In this document: in pieces, positions 52,101 to 61,394 of the stretch
How the letters are laid out: each line of letters begins with the position of its first letter
How positions within the stretch are numbered: position 1 is the stretch's first letter
DNA from: Torpedo marmorata
Lineage: Eukaryota
Length of the DNA stretch: 64,000 nucleotides
Reading direction: 5' to 3'
Assembly: GCA_977017645.1 (NCBI GenBank)
Contig: OZ360241.1
Location: 56,172,001-56,236,000, forward strand
Program-made: the position numbers and the translations under genes
Notes under the pieces: model-generated
What the model saw: only the letters and a program-made list of their open reading frames with translations
Database searches by the model: none
What the model was told of the DNA's origin: nothing

Positions 52101-55100
52101 CTATAGCAGAATGCTTAAAAGGTTGAGGTTGTTATGGACCATGACTGACCATTTGGACTGCGGATGGTCAGCAGGAAGGATGAAGTCTTTTGGAGTACAC
52201 ACTGGGGCCAGGTACTGAAAGAGTTAACTTCCCCAGGACTTGGTGAACCCAGAGAGAGAGAGAGAGAGAGAGCAGAGAGAGACAGACTGTGGAAAAGATA
52301 CATTGTTGCACTTTTGCAAAAAGCAGGGGCAGATCTCTGCAAAGCAGACACAGTTGTGAGTTGCAAAGGCTACAGGACACAGCCAAATCCAGGCGTGTGC
52401 AAGTCAGAGAAAAGACTGACAGGATAGCACATGGCCTCCTGTCTCAGAGAGAAATTCTGAGAAAAAGCAACTTCTGTGGAGAACAGGCGTGAGATCAGCG
52501 AGACTAGCTGTGAGATTCAAGCATACGCCTAAATCAGTGGTATGCTGATCTGGAACTTGCAATCCTTATGAACCTACAAGAAGGGGACGTCATCAGAGAA
52601 GAAAACAAGTATTTGTAAGCATAAACAGTCATTGTCTCTCTCCAACGTTCATTCAGAAGTACTTCTACCAGACACAGAGCTGTATTGAAGCCTGAACTTA
52701 GAGAGTGGATCTTGTGGACTATTATTCTCTTTTTTTTGACTGACTTGTTTTTTTATGACTGACGGGTTTTTGGGGAAAGTTTTTCCATTTTTACATAAGG
52801 GTTGGGCACAGACTGTAATGGTCTGGGCTTTACACACACACCTTTTAGATAAGAATAGAGTTTATAGATGTTTATAGTGGGGTTAATTGTTGTGGAATTA
52901 TATGTTTACTTGTGTTTAATAAATAATAATTTAAATTTTACCCCTTTTGCATTGCGTCTTCTGTCGTTGCAGGTTTGAATTTGTAACAAATTGGGGGCTC
53001 GTTGCGGGATTTGAATCAAAATCCATCTTGGTAATTGAAGGAATCCCAGTTTGGTTTAAGGCATTCCTTTTGGTAAAGCTAATTAAAAGCTAGTGTGTGT
53101 GTAACAAAAAACCAGCAACAATGGATGTAGAACATTTTTTGGAATCACCTGAACCTGATACTTTAAAAAAGGCGAAAAAGGAACAGTTAGTGGCTATAGC
53201 AACAGAGTTGGGCATTGTTTCTGTAAAACCATCTATGAAAAAGGCAGAGATTGGGAGAAAAATTGTCAAATACTATATAAAAGAAAAAAAATTGGAGTGT
53301 TAGAGCAGTTTCCCAAGGGTAAACCTTCTGAAAACATACAGTTGGAATTAAAGAAATTGGAATTGGAGGAAGCCAGAGAACAAAAGAAATTAGAATTGGA
53401 GGCAGACAGAGAACAAAAGAAATTAGAATTGGAGTTGGAACAAAAGAAATTAGACATGGAATTGGAAATAAAGAGACACGAGAACGATGAGAGAAATAGG
53501 AGATATATGCTGGAAAAGATAAAGTTGGAAAATGAGAGGAGACAAGAAGAGCGCCAAGATCAAATTCGTCATCCTGCTGAGGGGTTTTTGGCTAGTAGAG
53601 AAGTTAGGTTGGTTCCTCCATTTGAGGAGGCAGAAATAGATAAGTACTTCCAACATTTTGAGAAGGTGGCTGTGAAATTAAAATGGCTACAAGACCAATG
53701 GTCTCTTATGTTGCAAAGTGTAATAAAAGGAAAAGCTCAGCAAGCTTATTCTACTCTCACCACATAGCAAGCTCCTGATTATGAAACAGTGAAAAAGGCT
53801 ATACTCCAGGCTTATGAATTAGTTCCAGAGGCTTATAGACAGAAGTTTAGAAATTTAAAAAGATCAGCAACCCAATCTTATACAGAGTTTGCCTATGAAA
53901 AAGTTGTGTGTTTTGACAGGTGGTGTACATCTAAGGAAGTAAACAATGATTACAATCAATTGAGAGAATTGATAATAATCGAGGAGATAAAAAGGTGTGT
54001 TCCTGAGGATATTAAAGCATACTTAGATGAAAAGGAGGTGAAAACTTGGCAAAATTCAGCTAAGTTAGCAGATGAATATGCTTTAACCCACAAGCCTAAG
54101 TGGACGTCAGGTAGAATTTTCCAAAAGGTCACGGTGGATAATCAGAAGCAAGTGGAAAGTAAATTTGGAAGTGGTGTTAAGGAAAGGGATGAAGGAAAGT
54201 GGAAAAGGGAAAACAATTCAGGTCCCATTTGCCACTACTGTAGGAAGGCTGGTCATATGCTAGCAAGCTGTCCAGTGTTGAAAAAGAAGAGAGAAAAGGA
54301 TGCAACACCTAATGCTTGTATTCAGAGTGAGAAGATGCATAACACCCAGGAAGGAGATAAATTTACTGACAAAGTTAAAGATGTATTTAAACCTTTTGTG
54401 ACTGATGGTTTTGTTTCAGTTAAGGCAGGATCAAAACAAGTTCCAGTGAAAATCTTGCGAGAATACTGGAGCTGCTCAGTCACATGTGTTAGATAGTATC
54501 TTGGAATTTTGTGAAGCTACTGACACTGGTGACATAAATTTAATTAAAGGAATTGGTGGTGAGGTAGAGTCCATTCCTTTGCACAAAATAGTATTGGACT
54601 CAGACTTGGTGGAAGGACCAGTTATAATAGGAGTGAGATCAGAGTTGCCAGTAGAAGGAGTCTCACTGTTGTTAGGCAATGACTTGGCCAAGGGTAAAGT
54701 AGTTCCTGCAGTGCGAATGACCACTAAGCCAGTCATTGATAAGTCAGAGAAAGACTCTGATATTTATCCGGCATGTGCCATAACCAGGGCCATGTCTAAG
54801 AAAAATGTCACTGTAGAGAAGGCAGTGGAAAATAACTTGGTAAAAGAAAAAGAAACTGATAATCAAGAAAACCTGGAAAAGGTTGAGCAATCTCCTATGT
54901 TACACCCATCCACTGATAAGACACCTAAAGGCACAGATTTGTCACTATCCCGACAGGAGTTAATAGCAAGGCAAAAGGACGATCCTGATCTTGTTGAGGT
55001 GAGGGGTAAGGTTCTCTCTGAACAGGAGATTAAAAAGGTGCCAGTAGGTTATTATGAAAAAGATGGGGTGTTGATGAGAAAGTGGAGACCATGTGATGTT

Positions 55101-58100
55101 CCTGCCAATGAAGAATGGGCAGTAGTGCAGCAGGTTGTGATCCCTAAAGTATATAGGGATGCAATAATAACTTTGGCTCATAGTACACCCTTAGGTGGTC
55201 ATCTTGGGGTGAAGAAAACTATAAGGAAGATAATGAAACAATTTTATTGGCCCAGTTTGAGAAGGGAGGTTGTAAGCTTTTGCCGGGCCTGTCACACTTG
55301 TCAGGTGGTGGGTAAACCTAATCAGGGTCCCCCAGTGGCACTCTTGCAACCTATCCCTGCTTTCAGTGAGCCTTTCTCGAGAGTAATTGTGGACTGTGTT
55401 GGCCCATTGCCCAAAACCAAAGCGGGGAATGAATATTTGTTAACAATTATGTGTGCAGCCACCAGATTTCCAGAGGCCATTCATCTGAGAAACATAAAAG
55501 CAAAGTCAATTGTAAAGGCTATGGTAAAGTTTTTCACCTTGGTAGGTTTGCCAAGGGAAATTCAATCAGTTCAGGGCAGTAATTTCATGTCAGGCGTTTT
55601 CCAACAAGTGGTTGATGGACTAGGAGTTAAACAGATTGTATCCTCTGTGTACCATCCAGAAAGTCAAGGGGCCTTGGAGAGGTTCCATTCGACTTTGAAA
55701 ACCATGATTAGAACCTATTGTTGTGAGAAGGAAAAGGATTGGGATGAGGGGGTTCAGTTGTTGTTATTTGCAGCGAGGGAGTCTGTCCAAGATTTACTTG
55801 GTTTTAGTCCATTCGAGTTAGTTTTCGGACATGAGGTGAGAGGTCCTTTAAGATTATTAAAAGAACAGTGGATTAATCGTGATGTGCATTTAAATCTGTT
55901 AGATTATGTTTCCAAATTTAAGGATCGGTTACATAGAGCTTGTGAGATGGCAAAGGAGAATTTAAAGGCCACTCAACAGAGAATGAAGGTTTGGTATGAT
56001 CGAAAGGCGAAGATGAGAACTTTTAAACCTGGTGAGAACGTATTAGTTCTGTTTCCCATCCATTCAAATCCTCTTAGGGCTAGATTTTCAGGACCCTATA
56101 GAGTTAAGTCAAAAATTAATGAGGTCACCTATGTCATAGAAACACCTAATCGCAGACGAGACACACAGGTCTGTCATGTGAATATGATTAAGCCATATTT
56201 TGAACAGGTGCCACACAAAGGGACTGAAAATTTACCAGAGGTACTGGTTATTGACAGGGGTAAGGAGGAGACAGACAAAACCAGTTTCAGAGAGGGTCAT
56301 GGGACTGTTAATTCTCTGAGTTATGTAGTAGGTCAGGGGCAGTTGGCGCCAGTAGAGGCAAAGGTTGTCGCTATTTCCGAGTTCCCTGTTCCAACTGGTA
56401 AGAAAACTCTGAGGAGGTTCCTGGGAATGATTGGCTACTACCGCAAGTTCTGTAAAAACTTTGCTGATCTTGCGCTCCCTCTCACAAATTTGCTTAGAAA
56501 GAAAGAAAAATTTGTATGGTCAACAGGTTGTCAGGAAGCATTTGTCAAATTGAAAGCCATGTTATGCCACCAACCTGTGCTTAAGTCACCTAATTTAGAA
56601 CAGTCGTTTTCTTTAGCCGTGGATGCGAGCGATGAAGCTGTGGGTGCGGTGCTGTTACAGAAGAAGAACGAAGAGGACATTGACCATCCGGTATCCTACT
56701 TCTCGAAGAAGTTCAATGATCATCAAAGGAATTATTCAACTATAGAGAAAGAGTTGTTGGCTCTTGTGTTGGCTCTACAACACTTTGATGTGTATATCTG
56801 TACAGCTCAAAAACCACTCATAGTGTATACTGACCATAATCCATTGGTTTTTCTTTGTAAAATGAAAAATAAGAATCGACGGTTGTTGAATTGGAGTCTA
56901 ATTTTGCAAGAGTATAATTTGGTAATCACTCATATAAAAGGGAAAGATAATGTAATTGCTGATTGTCTTTCTAGATGTTAAACTTTATCAATGAAAATAG
57001 TTCATATTTTGTATTTGTGGATGAACATTGTAGATTTTGTTTATATTCTGACACCTCAATTACTTTCCTAAATTTTGTTCTTGCAGACCAAAATTTCCTT
57101 TGTGGGTGGGAGGTGTTATGGACCATGACTGACCATTTGGACTGCGGACGGTCAGCAGGAAGGATGAAGTCTTTTGGAGTACACACGGGCCAGGTACTGA
57201 AAAAGTTAACTTCCCCAGGACTTGGTGAACCCAGAGAGAGAGAGCAGAGAGAGACAGACTGTGGAAAAGATACATTGTTGCACTTTTGCAAAAAGCAGGG
57301 GCAGATCTCTGCAAAGCAGACACAGTTGTGAGTTGCAAAGGCTACAGGACACAGCCAAATCCAGGCGTGTGCAAGTCAGAGAAAAGACTGACAGGATAGC
57401 ACATGGCCTCCTGTCTCAGAGAGAAATTCTGAGAAAAAGCAACTTCTGTGGAGAACAGGCGTGAGATCAGCGAGACTAGCTGTGAGATTCAAGCATACGC
57501 CTAAATCAGTGGTATACTGATCTGGAACTTGCAATCCTTATGAACCTACAAGAAGGGGACGTCATCAGAGAAGAAAACAAGTATTTGTAAGCATAAACAG
57601 TCATTGTCTCTCTCCAACGATCATTCAGAAGTACTTCTACCAGACACAGAGCTGTATTGAAGCCTGAACTTAGAGAGTGGATCTTGTGGACTGTATTATT
57701 CTCTTTTTTTTGACTGACTTGTTTTTTTATGACTGACCTGGGGTTTTTGGGGAAAGTTTTTCCATTTTTACATAAGGGTTGGGCACAGACTGTAATGGTC
57801 TGGGCTTTACACACACACCTTTTAGATAAGAATAGAGTTTATAGACGTTTATAGTGGGGTTAATTGTTGTGGAATTATATGTTTACTTGTGTTTAATAAA
57901 TAATAATTTAAATTTTACCCCTTTTGCATTGCGTCTTCTGTCGTTGCTGGTTTGGATTTGTAACAAGGTAAACAGGCAAAGACACGAGAAATTATGTTAA
58001 AGGAATACTGGTGGATGCATTTTACTTCGGTTTCCAGAAAAAATTTAGTGACTAACTGTTTCAAACACAATGCAGAAAATAAAAGCTTATGGTGTGGGAG

Positions 58101-60928
58101 GTAATATTGGTGTGATTGGAAGATTCACTGGCAAACGGAACAAGAAATAGGCAAAAATGGTAGGCAAGATGCAACGAGTGGTATAAACAGGAATTGTTGC
58201 AATAACTTGGATGAAAGAACATAAGTTGCTGAGTTTGTTGATGGCACAAAGGTAGGTAGTAAGGAAAGTTATGAAGAGGACATAAAAAGACTACAAAGGC
58301 AAGTAGATTAAACAATTGACCAACGATCTGGCAAATGGAGAGTAATGTGGGAAAATTATGAAATTGTCCAATTTGTTGGGAAAAAGAAAGAAAATTACAT
58401 GGTGAGTGCTTGAGAAGTGTGAGATGTGGAGAGATCTGAATGTCCTTGTGGCTGCTCTGCAAAAATTAAGAGTTCAGGAACAGAAAGTAATTCGGAGAAC
58501 TAACAATATATTGATTGTTGCTCAGGAAATTGAATAAAATATAATGAGGTTAGACTTTAGTTATATTGAGAACGCATCTGGAGTATTGTGTATGATATTT
58601 ATTTCCTTATTTAAGAAAGGATATTAATGTGTTGGAAGCAGTTGAGAGAAATTTTACTCGACTCTTACCAGGAATGGGCAAGGTGTCTGCGGAGGACAGG
58701 CTAGCTTATTTCTGCTGGAGTTTAAGTGAGAGTGGACATGCTTGAAAAGTACAAGATCTAGAGGGTTCTTTACAGGGTGGATGTGGGGAGGATGTTTCCT
58801 CTCGTGCAAGGGTCTAGAACCAGGAGTTACTGTTTAAAAATATGAGCTTGCCCATTTCAGGTGAATACGGTGATTTTATTTTCTCTGATGGTTACAAGTC
58901 TTTGGTGCTTTCTTCCTCAAAAGATAGTTGAAGCAGTCTTTGAACATTTTTAAGACAGAGATAAATATTTGATGAAAATATCAAAGGTGGTGAAAGCTGA
59001 CTGCCAGTAGATGGGAATGCAGAGTTACAGTTACAGTCAGATGAGTCATGATCTAATTAAATGGTGAAGCAGTCACAAAGAATCATGCAGATTTAGAAAC
59101 ACGTAAGAGACTGCAGATGCTGGAATTTGGAGAAAATTAAAGGTGTAACCATGGGCACTCGCATGGGTATGCCTGGCTTTTTGTTCGTTACCCCACCAGC
59201 CTCCTTATTCAGCACATCATTCTTCGTCGATCCACCAGCTGCAACTAGATCCCACCACCAGCCATGTGTACTCCTCCCCACTCCATTTTTGCCTTCTGTG
59301 ACTCCCTTGTTCCTCCCACTTGCATGTACCAGGAGCTTATTCACAGAATATTGATCATGCGTACAATGTTCTCTTTGGCACAGCTGTGATTAATCGGTGG
59401 AATAGGGTTGATTTAACATGACACTTAAAAGTAACACAGGGTGAAACAAGAAAGACTGCAGGCATTGTGATTGTAGTAAATGCACAAAAGTGCTGGTACA
59501 GCAGTGTCCAAACGATGCAAAGATATATAACTAACGTTACCTTGACGAAAGGCTCAGGCCCGAAATGTTGGTTATTTATCTGTGATTTTTTTCTGCTTTA
59601 GCTTAACCTTCTTGTATGTGAAATAAGCTGGTTTCAAGCTTCAATCTTACAACAGGCTGGAGATGTACGCCCTTGTATTGAATGTTAAGCAGATCCATTT
59701 TGTATGGGTGCTGCTGCAGCTTGATTTCTTTTGGCCCCACTGTTTCATTCTTCAGCCTATATGAGTCGTATGTTTTTTGTGCTTTGCAGCTACACTCCCT
59801 TGCATTGCAAGTCGTGCTTGTGATCCACTTTGCACGTTAAATGATTATTGCATAATTTCAATTCCCATAGGACAGCAATCATCCAGAAACTCTCATCAAT
59901 CTGATTGTACTCTCTCAGCACTTGGGCAAGGCTCCTGAGGTAAGGCTTCTGAAAAATCTGATTAGTTGGCTTTCACTAGATCTCTCTGTGTGTCAGTGAG
60001 AAAATCATTTATGGATTGTGGAAATGGCTCTGACACGAACTGACCCATATTGAAATCCCCAGCTCCTCTGAACAAAATCACATCAGCCATGAGTAAACTA
60101 TGGAGCACTGAAATTGGTCTTTGCATCCCTGATAGAGAGAGATCATGTTGGAGTTGGCTGTGGGAAGGGTTGCCAAATTGTCCTGAATATATTTGTACCA
60201 TGTGAACCAGATTCTGTATTCAGAGTCCCTTCCTCTTCCACAGTCGCTTATCCCAATCACTACTATAAGCTACCACAGCTGTCAAATGCACTTGCTCCAC
60301 CTTAATCATATTAAGCAACATGGTGTTTTAGAACAATTGAACCAGTTGTTCACACATTCCACCGAGTTTTTTTTGCCTATTTGTCAGCTAGTTTCAGTGA
60401 AACATTAGAACAGAATTTTCAGTGTTGTGATCGTCTGAGCCTTCAAGGCTCTAGGCATGAGTATTGGCATATGTAATTCTCTCCACAGGACAACACCGAT
60501 GTGAAGTAAAATGTGTCTCATGCTTACCTTGTGATGGAACCAGACAGCTTTAGTCACAGCTGCTGACTCCATTAAGGAGTGTGTAATTGTTGATGCTGGG
60601 TACATGGCCAGAATTGACTTTGGTAAATAGCCTGTGCAGGTACACCAAATGAACCTGTGCTGCAATAATAAATTTGTCACCTGCTGGTACAAGTTCTCAT
60701 TTTGAATTTCTCTGCTGTTTTTAACTGCTCTTATGGGTTTCTTGTGCAATTGTCTGCGTTGCTACGATAAATGCATTCAACATTGAGATTTCACATGCAA
60801 TCTATCACTGTTGATGTATCTTCGTGCTAAAATGCGCTGTTTTTCACAAACAGGTTAGTAACCGCTACCTCTCTCAGCTGAAAGATGGACATAGAGGGCA
60901 CCCTTTTGTTAAAGAATATATGGCCAAG
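28086..60928 (+). CDS. COPE: Coatomer subunit epsilon, 3'-partial; join(28086..28190,29227..29289,33572..33672,36316..36468,36940..36993,40698..40779,50135..50290,59871..59939,60854..60928)
   Basis: Nine phase-compatible GT-AG exons spell a continuous epsilon-COP sequence from [21 protein letters not shown] to [10 protein letters not shown]; final exon not found in the window. Confidence 0.97.
29227..29289 (+). CDS. COPE: COPE exon 2
   Basis: tccag|[21 protein letters not shown]|gtatgg. Confidence 0.95.
29350..30570 (+). mobile_element. Rex1/Babar-type LINE, 5'-truncated, with a Penelope RT fragment inserted
   Basis: [49 protein letters not shown]; tail TGACAATAAA..(TTCTGA)n. Confidence 0.9.
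29987..30160 (-). mobile_element. Internal Penelope-like RT fragment
   Basis: [44 protein letters not shown]; flanked by 11-bp direct repeat AGGTGACATAG. Confidence 0.85.
30657..30935 (+). mobile_element. V-SINE (HE1-like)
   Basis: tRNA-like head (partly duplicated), V-domain, tail GGGCCGAAAGGGCCTGTTACTGTGCTGTAT. Confidence 0.85.
32087..32806 (+). mobile_element. Tigger-like non-autonomous DNA transposon, copy 1
   Basis: TIRs CAGTACAACCCCTGGTGTCCGG / CTGGATACCAGGAGTTTTACTG; TA flanks; inverted homologue at 37499..38216. Confidence 0.87.
33191..33445 (+). mobile_element. V-SINE (HE1-like)
   Basis: Clear V-domain GGAGTTTGTACGTTCTCCCTGTGTCTGCATGGGTTTCCTCCGGGTGCTCTGGTTTCCTCCCAC. Confidence 0.88.
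33572..33672 (+). CDS. COPE: COPE exon 3
   Basis: tttag|[34 protein letters not shown]|gtaaga. Confidence 0.95.
33807..34984 (-). mobile_element. Penelope-like element 3' fragment (GIY-YIG plus pLTR), split by a solo LTR
   Basis: Homologous to 21568..22268 ([24 protein letters not shown]); AATAAGCA direct repeat at both ends. Confidence 0.8.
33907..34291 (-). mobile_element. Solo LTR of a third family
   Basis: Minus strand starts TGTAAGGG and contains AATAAA; 5-bp TSD GATAT (33902-33906 / 34292-34296); removing it restores the Penelope pLTR. Confidence 0.7.
35571..35780. mobile_element. hAT (Charlie-like) MITE
   Basis: TIRs CAGCCATTCTCAAC / GTTGAGAATGGCTG; 8-bp TSD CTCTAGAT. Confidence 0.92.
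35801..36175. mobile_element. Composite hAT-type element made of two palindromic modules
   Basis: Modules 35801..35931 and 36044..36175, each CAGTGGTT...AACCACTG and inverted relative to each other. Confidence 0.8.
36316..36468 (+). CDS. COPE: COPE exon 4
   Basis: ttcag|[11 protein letters not shown]...[12 protein letters not shown]...[13 protein letters not shown]|gtgagt. Confidence 0.95.
36940..36993 (+). CDS. COPE: COPE exon 5
   Basis: tacag|[18 protein letters not shown]|gtaaat. Confidence 0.95.
37499..38216 (-). mobile_element. Tigger-like non-autonomous DNA transposon, copy 2 (contains a V-SINE fragment at ~37730-37805)
   Basis: TIRs CAGTAAAACCCCTGGTATCCGG / CCGGATAACAGGGGTTTTACCG; TA flanks; reverse complement of copy 1. 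Confidence 0.87.
38340..38621. mobile_element. Penelope pLTR-derived fold-back element (perfect palindrome)
   Basis: Arms 38339..38459 and 38461..38581 are exact reverse complements; 14-bp TSD AAAGTTCAATAGCA (38326-38339 / 38622-38635). Confidence 0.9.
38474..38514 (+). ncRNA. Minimal type-I hammerhead-ribozyme-like motif (U3 variant)
   Basis: CAUACU-UUGAUGA-A-GGGC(UCAA)GCCU-GAAA-CG-UC^GGUUAUG: stem I, core, stem II, palindromic ACGU stem III, GUC triplet; mirror copy on the - strand at 38406..38446. Confidence 0.65.
38722..39199. mobile_element. Tigger-like MITE with an internal 50-bp tandem repeat
   Basis: TIRs CAGATACTCCCCGACTTACG / CGTATGTCGGGGAGTATCTG; TA flanks. Confidence 0.9.
38945..39094. 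repeat. 3 x 50-bp G-rich tandem repeat
   Basis: Units start at 38945, 38995 and 39045 (AGCGGGCTGTCGGGAGAGCGCGGGGCAGTGGGATCAGTGTGGGGACTGAT). Confidence 0.92.
39270..39860. mobile_element. Possible non-autonomous DNA transposon (Harbinger-like ends)
   Basis: Imperfect TIR GGCCCTTTTATAGTGCAA / TTGCAACCATAAAAAGGGTT around a CpG-rich core. Confidence 0.45.
40330..40520. mobile_element. Older Penelope pLTR-derived fold-back element
   Basis: Imperfect inverted arms (AAGTAAAGGGTAACCAATGTT / AACATTGGTTACCCTTTACTT) with a decayed hammerhead-like motif. Confidence 0.7.
40698..40779 (+). CDS. COPE: COPE exon 6
   Basis: tttag|[27 protein letters not shown]|gttagt. Confidence 0.95.
40808..41050 (+). mobile_element. 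V-SINE (HE1-like)
   Basis: Head, V-domain and tail, about 30 bp downstream of COPE exon 6. Confidence 0.82.
43126..47295 (+). pseudogene. Disrupted gag-pol of the Gypsy element
   Basis: Consecutive ORF fragments in shifting frames, a stop at ~45624, no protease D(T/S)G motif found, SINE insertion. Confidence 0.9.
44248..44444 (-). mobile_element. 5S rRNA-derived SINE, 5'-truncated copy inside Gypsy pol
   Basis: Near-identical to 17609..17830 apart from an internal deletion; TGT duplicated on both flanks; removal restores [21 protein letters not shown]. Confidence 0.9.
48195..48442 (+). mobile_element. 3' part of an LTR distantly related to the Gmr1-like LTRs
   Basis: ACTGTAATGGT..(CA)n..AATAAA..GCTGCTGGT..GTAACA layout mirrors the family LTR end. 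Confidence 0.55.
49458..49760. mobile_element. Harbinger-like MITE with reiterated CTTTCACACTGG motifs
   Basis: Right end CCAGTGTGAAAGGGGCTT; four internal TTCACA(C/T)T(G) motifs; degenerate left TIR. Confidence 0.55.
50135..50290 (+). CDS. COPE: COPE exon 7
   Basis: cgcag|[19 protein letters not shown]...LLLNGQAAC...[11 protein letters not shown]|gtagga. Confidence 0.96.
51571..51638. repeat. 68-nt near-perfect hairpin
   Basis: 33-bp arms with 2 differences around a 2-nt spacer. Confidence 0.85.
52130..57965 (+). mobile_element. Gmr1-like Gypsy LTR retrotransposon (PR-IN-RT-RH order), RT-deleted
   Basis: LTRs 52130..52988 and 57114..57965; 4-bp TSD AGGT; tRNA-Pro-like PBS TGGGGGCTCG..CGGGATTTGAA from 52992; PPT GGGTGGGAGG before the 3' LTR; integrase precedes RNase H. 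Confidence 0.96.
53121..56981 (+). pseudogene. Disrupted gag(SCAN-like)-PR-IN-(deltaRT)-RNaseH polyprotein
   Basis: Frameshift ~53290, TAG at 53765, +1 insertion in the RDTG protease motif at ~54462; ORF 54486..56981 has the HHCC finger, rve core, GPY motif, RT thumb ([14 protein letters not shown]) and RNase H ([27 protein letters not shown]) but no YxDD. Confidence 0.92.
57970..59075 (+). mobile_element. Old degenerate CR1 fragment (likely host of the Gmr1-like insertion)
   Basis: Remnants WIEDWL, WQME.NVGK, HLEYCV, LEAV.R.FTR and a CR1 tail. Confidence 0.7.
59095..59585. mobile_element. Penelope-like fragments (pLTR pieces, RT motif GVTMGTRMG, decayed hammerhead-like motif at 59538-59574)
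   Basis: Similarity to the other pLTR copies; CCTTGACGAAAGGCTCAGGCCCGAAATGTTGG. Confidence 0.65.
59871..59939 (+). CDS. COPE: COPE exon 8
   Basis: catag|[23 protein letters not shown]|gtaagg. Confidence 0.96.
60854..60928 (+). CDS. COPE: COPE exon 9
   Basis: aacag|[25 protein letters not shown]|gtaagt. Confidence 0.96.
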
Positions 60929-61394
60929 GTAAGTGAGGATATCTTATAATTCATACCTGCATTATTGTGGACTGCAAATTTAATAAAGATTTTTCATTTT
61001 AAAAATGAATATTTTAGTGGAAAGTTAGGAAGTCTCTGGTTTGATCTCAAATCTTTAAATAGAAATTATCTTAGATTTCTCAAATCACTCTTCTACCCAT
61101 GATGAATGATGGATTTAAGTCTTGCTGGAAATCTTAGAAGTGTGAGAAGCATTCTTATTTGTTATTCAGGACTCCCCATAGTAACAAATCCTTTCTGTAC
61201 TCTCGTAAGGAAAATAGATGGTTATGGGCTGTGAGGTTGGGATTGATGATGGAATAGGTTGTCACAACATCGTGGGCTGAAGGGCTGTACTGTGCCGTAC
61301 TGTTCTATGTTCCACAGCAAGTTACAATTTAAAAAACTCACTACCAGGTGCTTACTATTCTGGCTCATGGTATAATTATAGATGAACAGATGTA

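Noticed and set aside
54486-56981. Domesticated host gene
   Set aside because: Sits between young LTRs with a TSD; the upstream frame is broken and catalytic residues are mutated
52130-57965. Endogenous retrovirus (Pro PBS, long LTRs)
   Set aside because: No env; integrase precedes RT/RNase H; Gypsy-type RNase H
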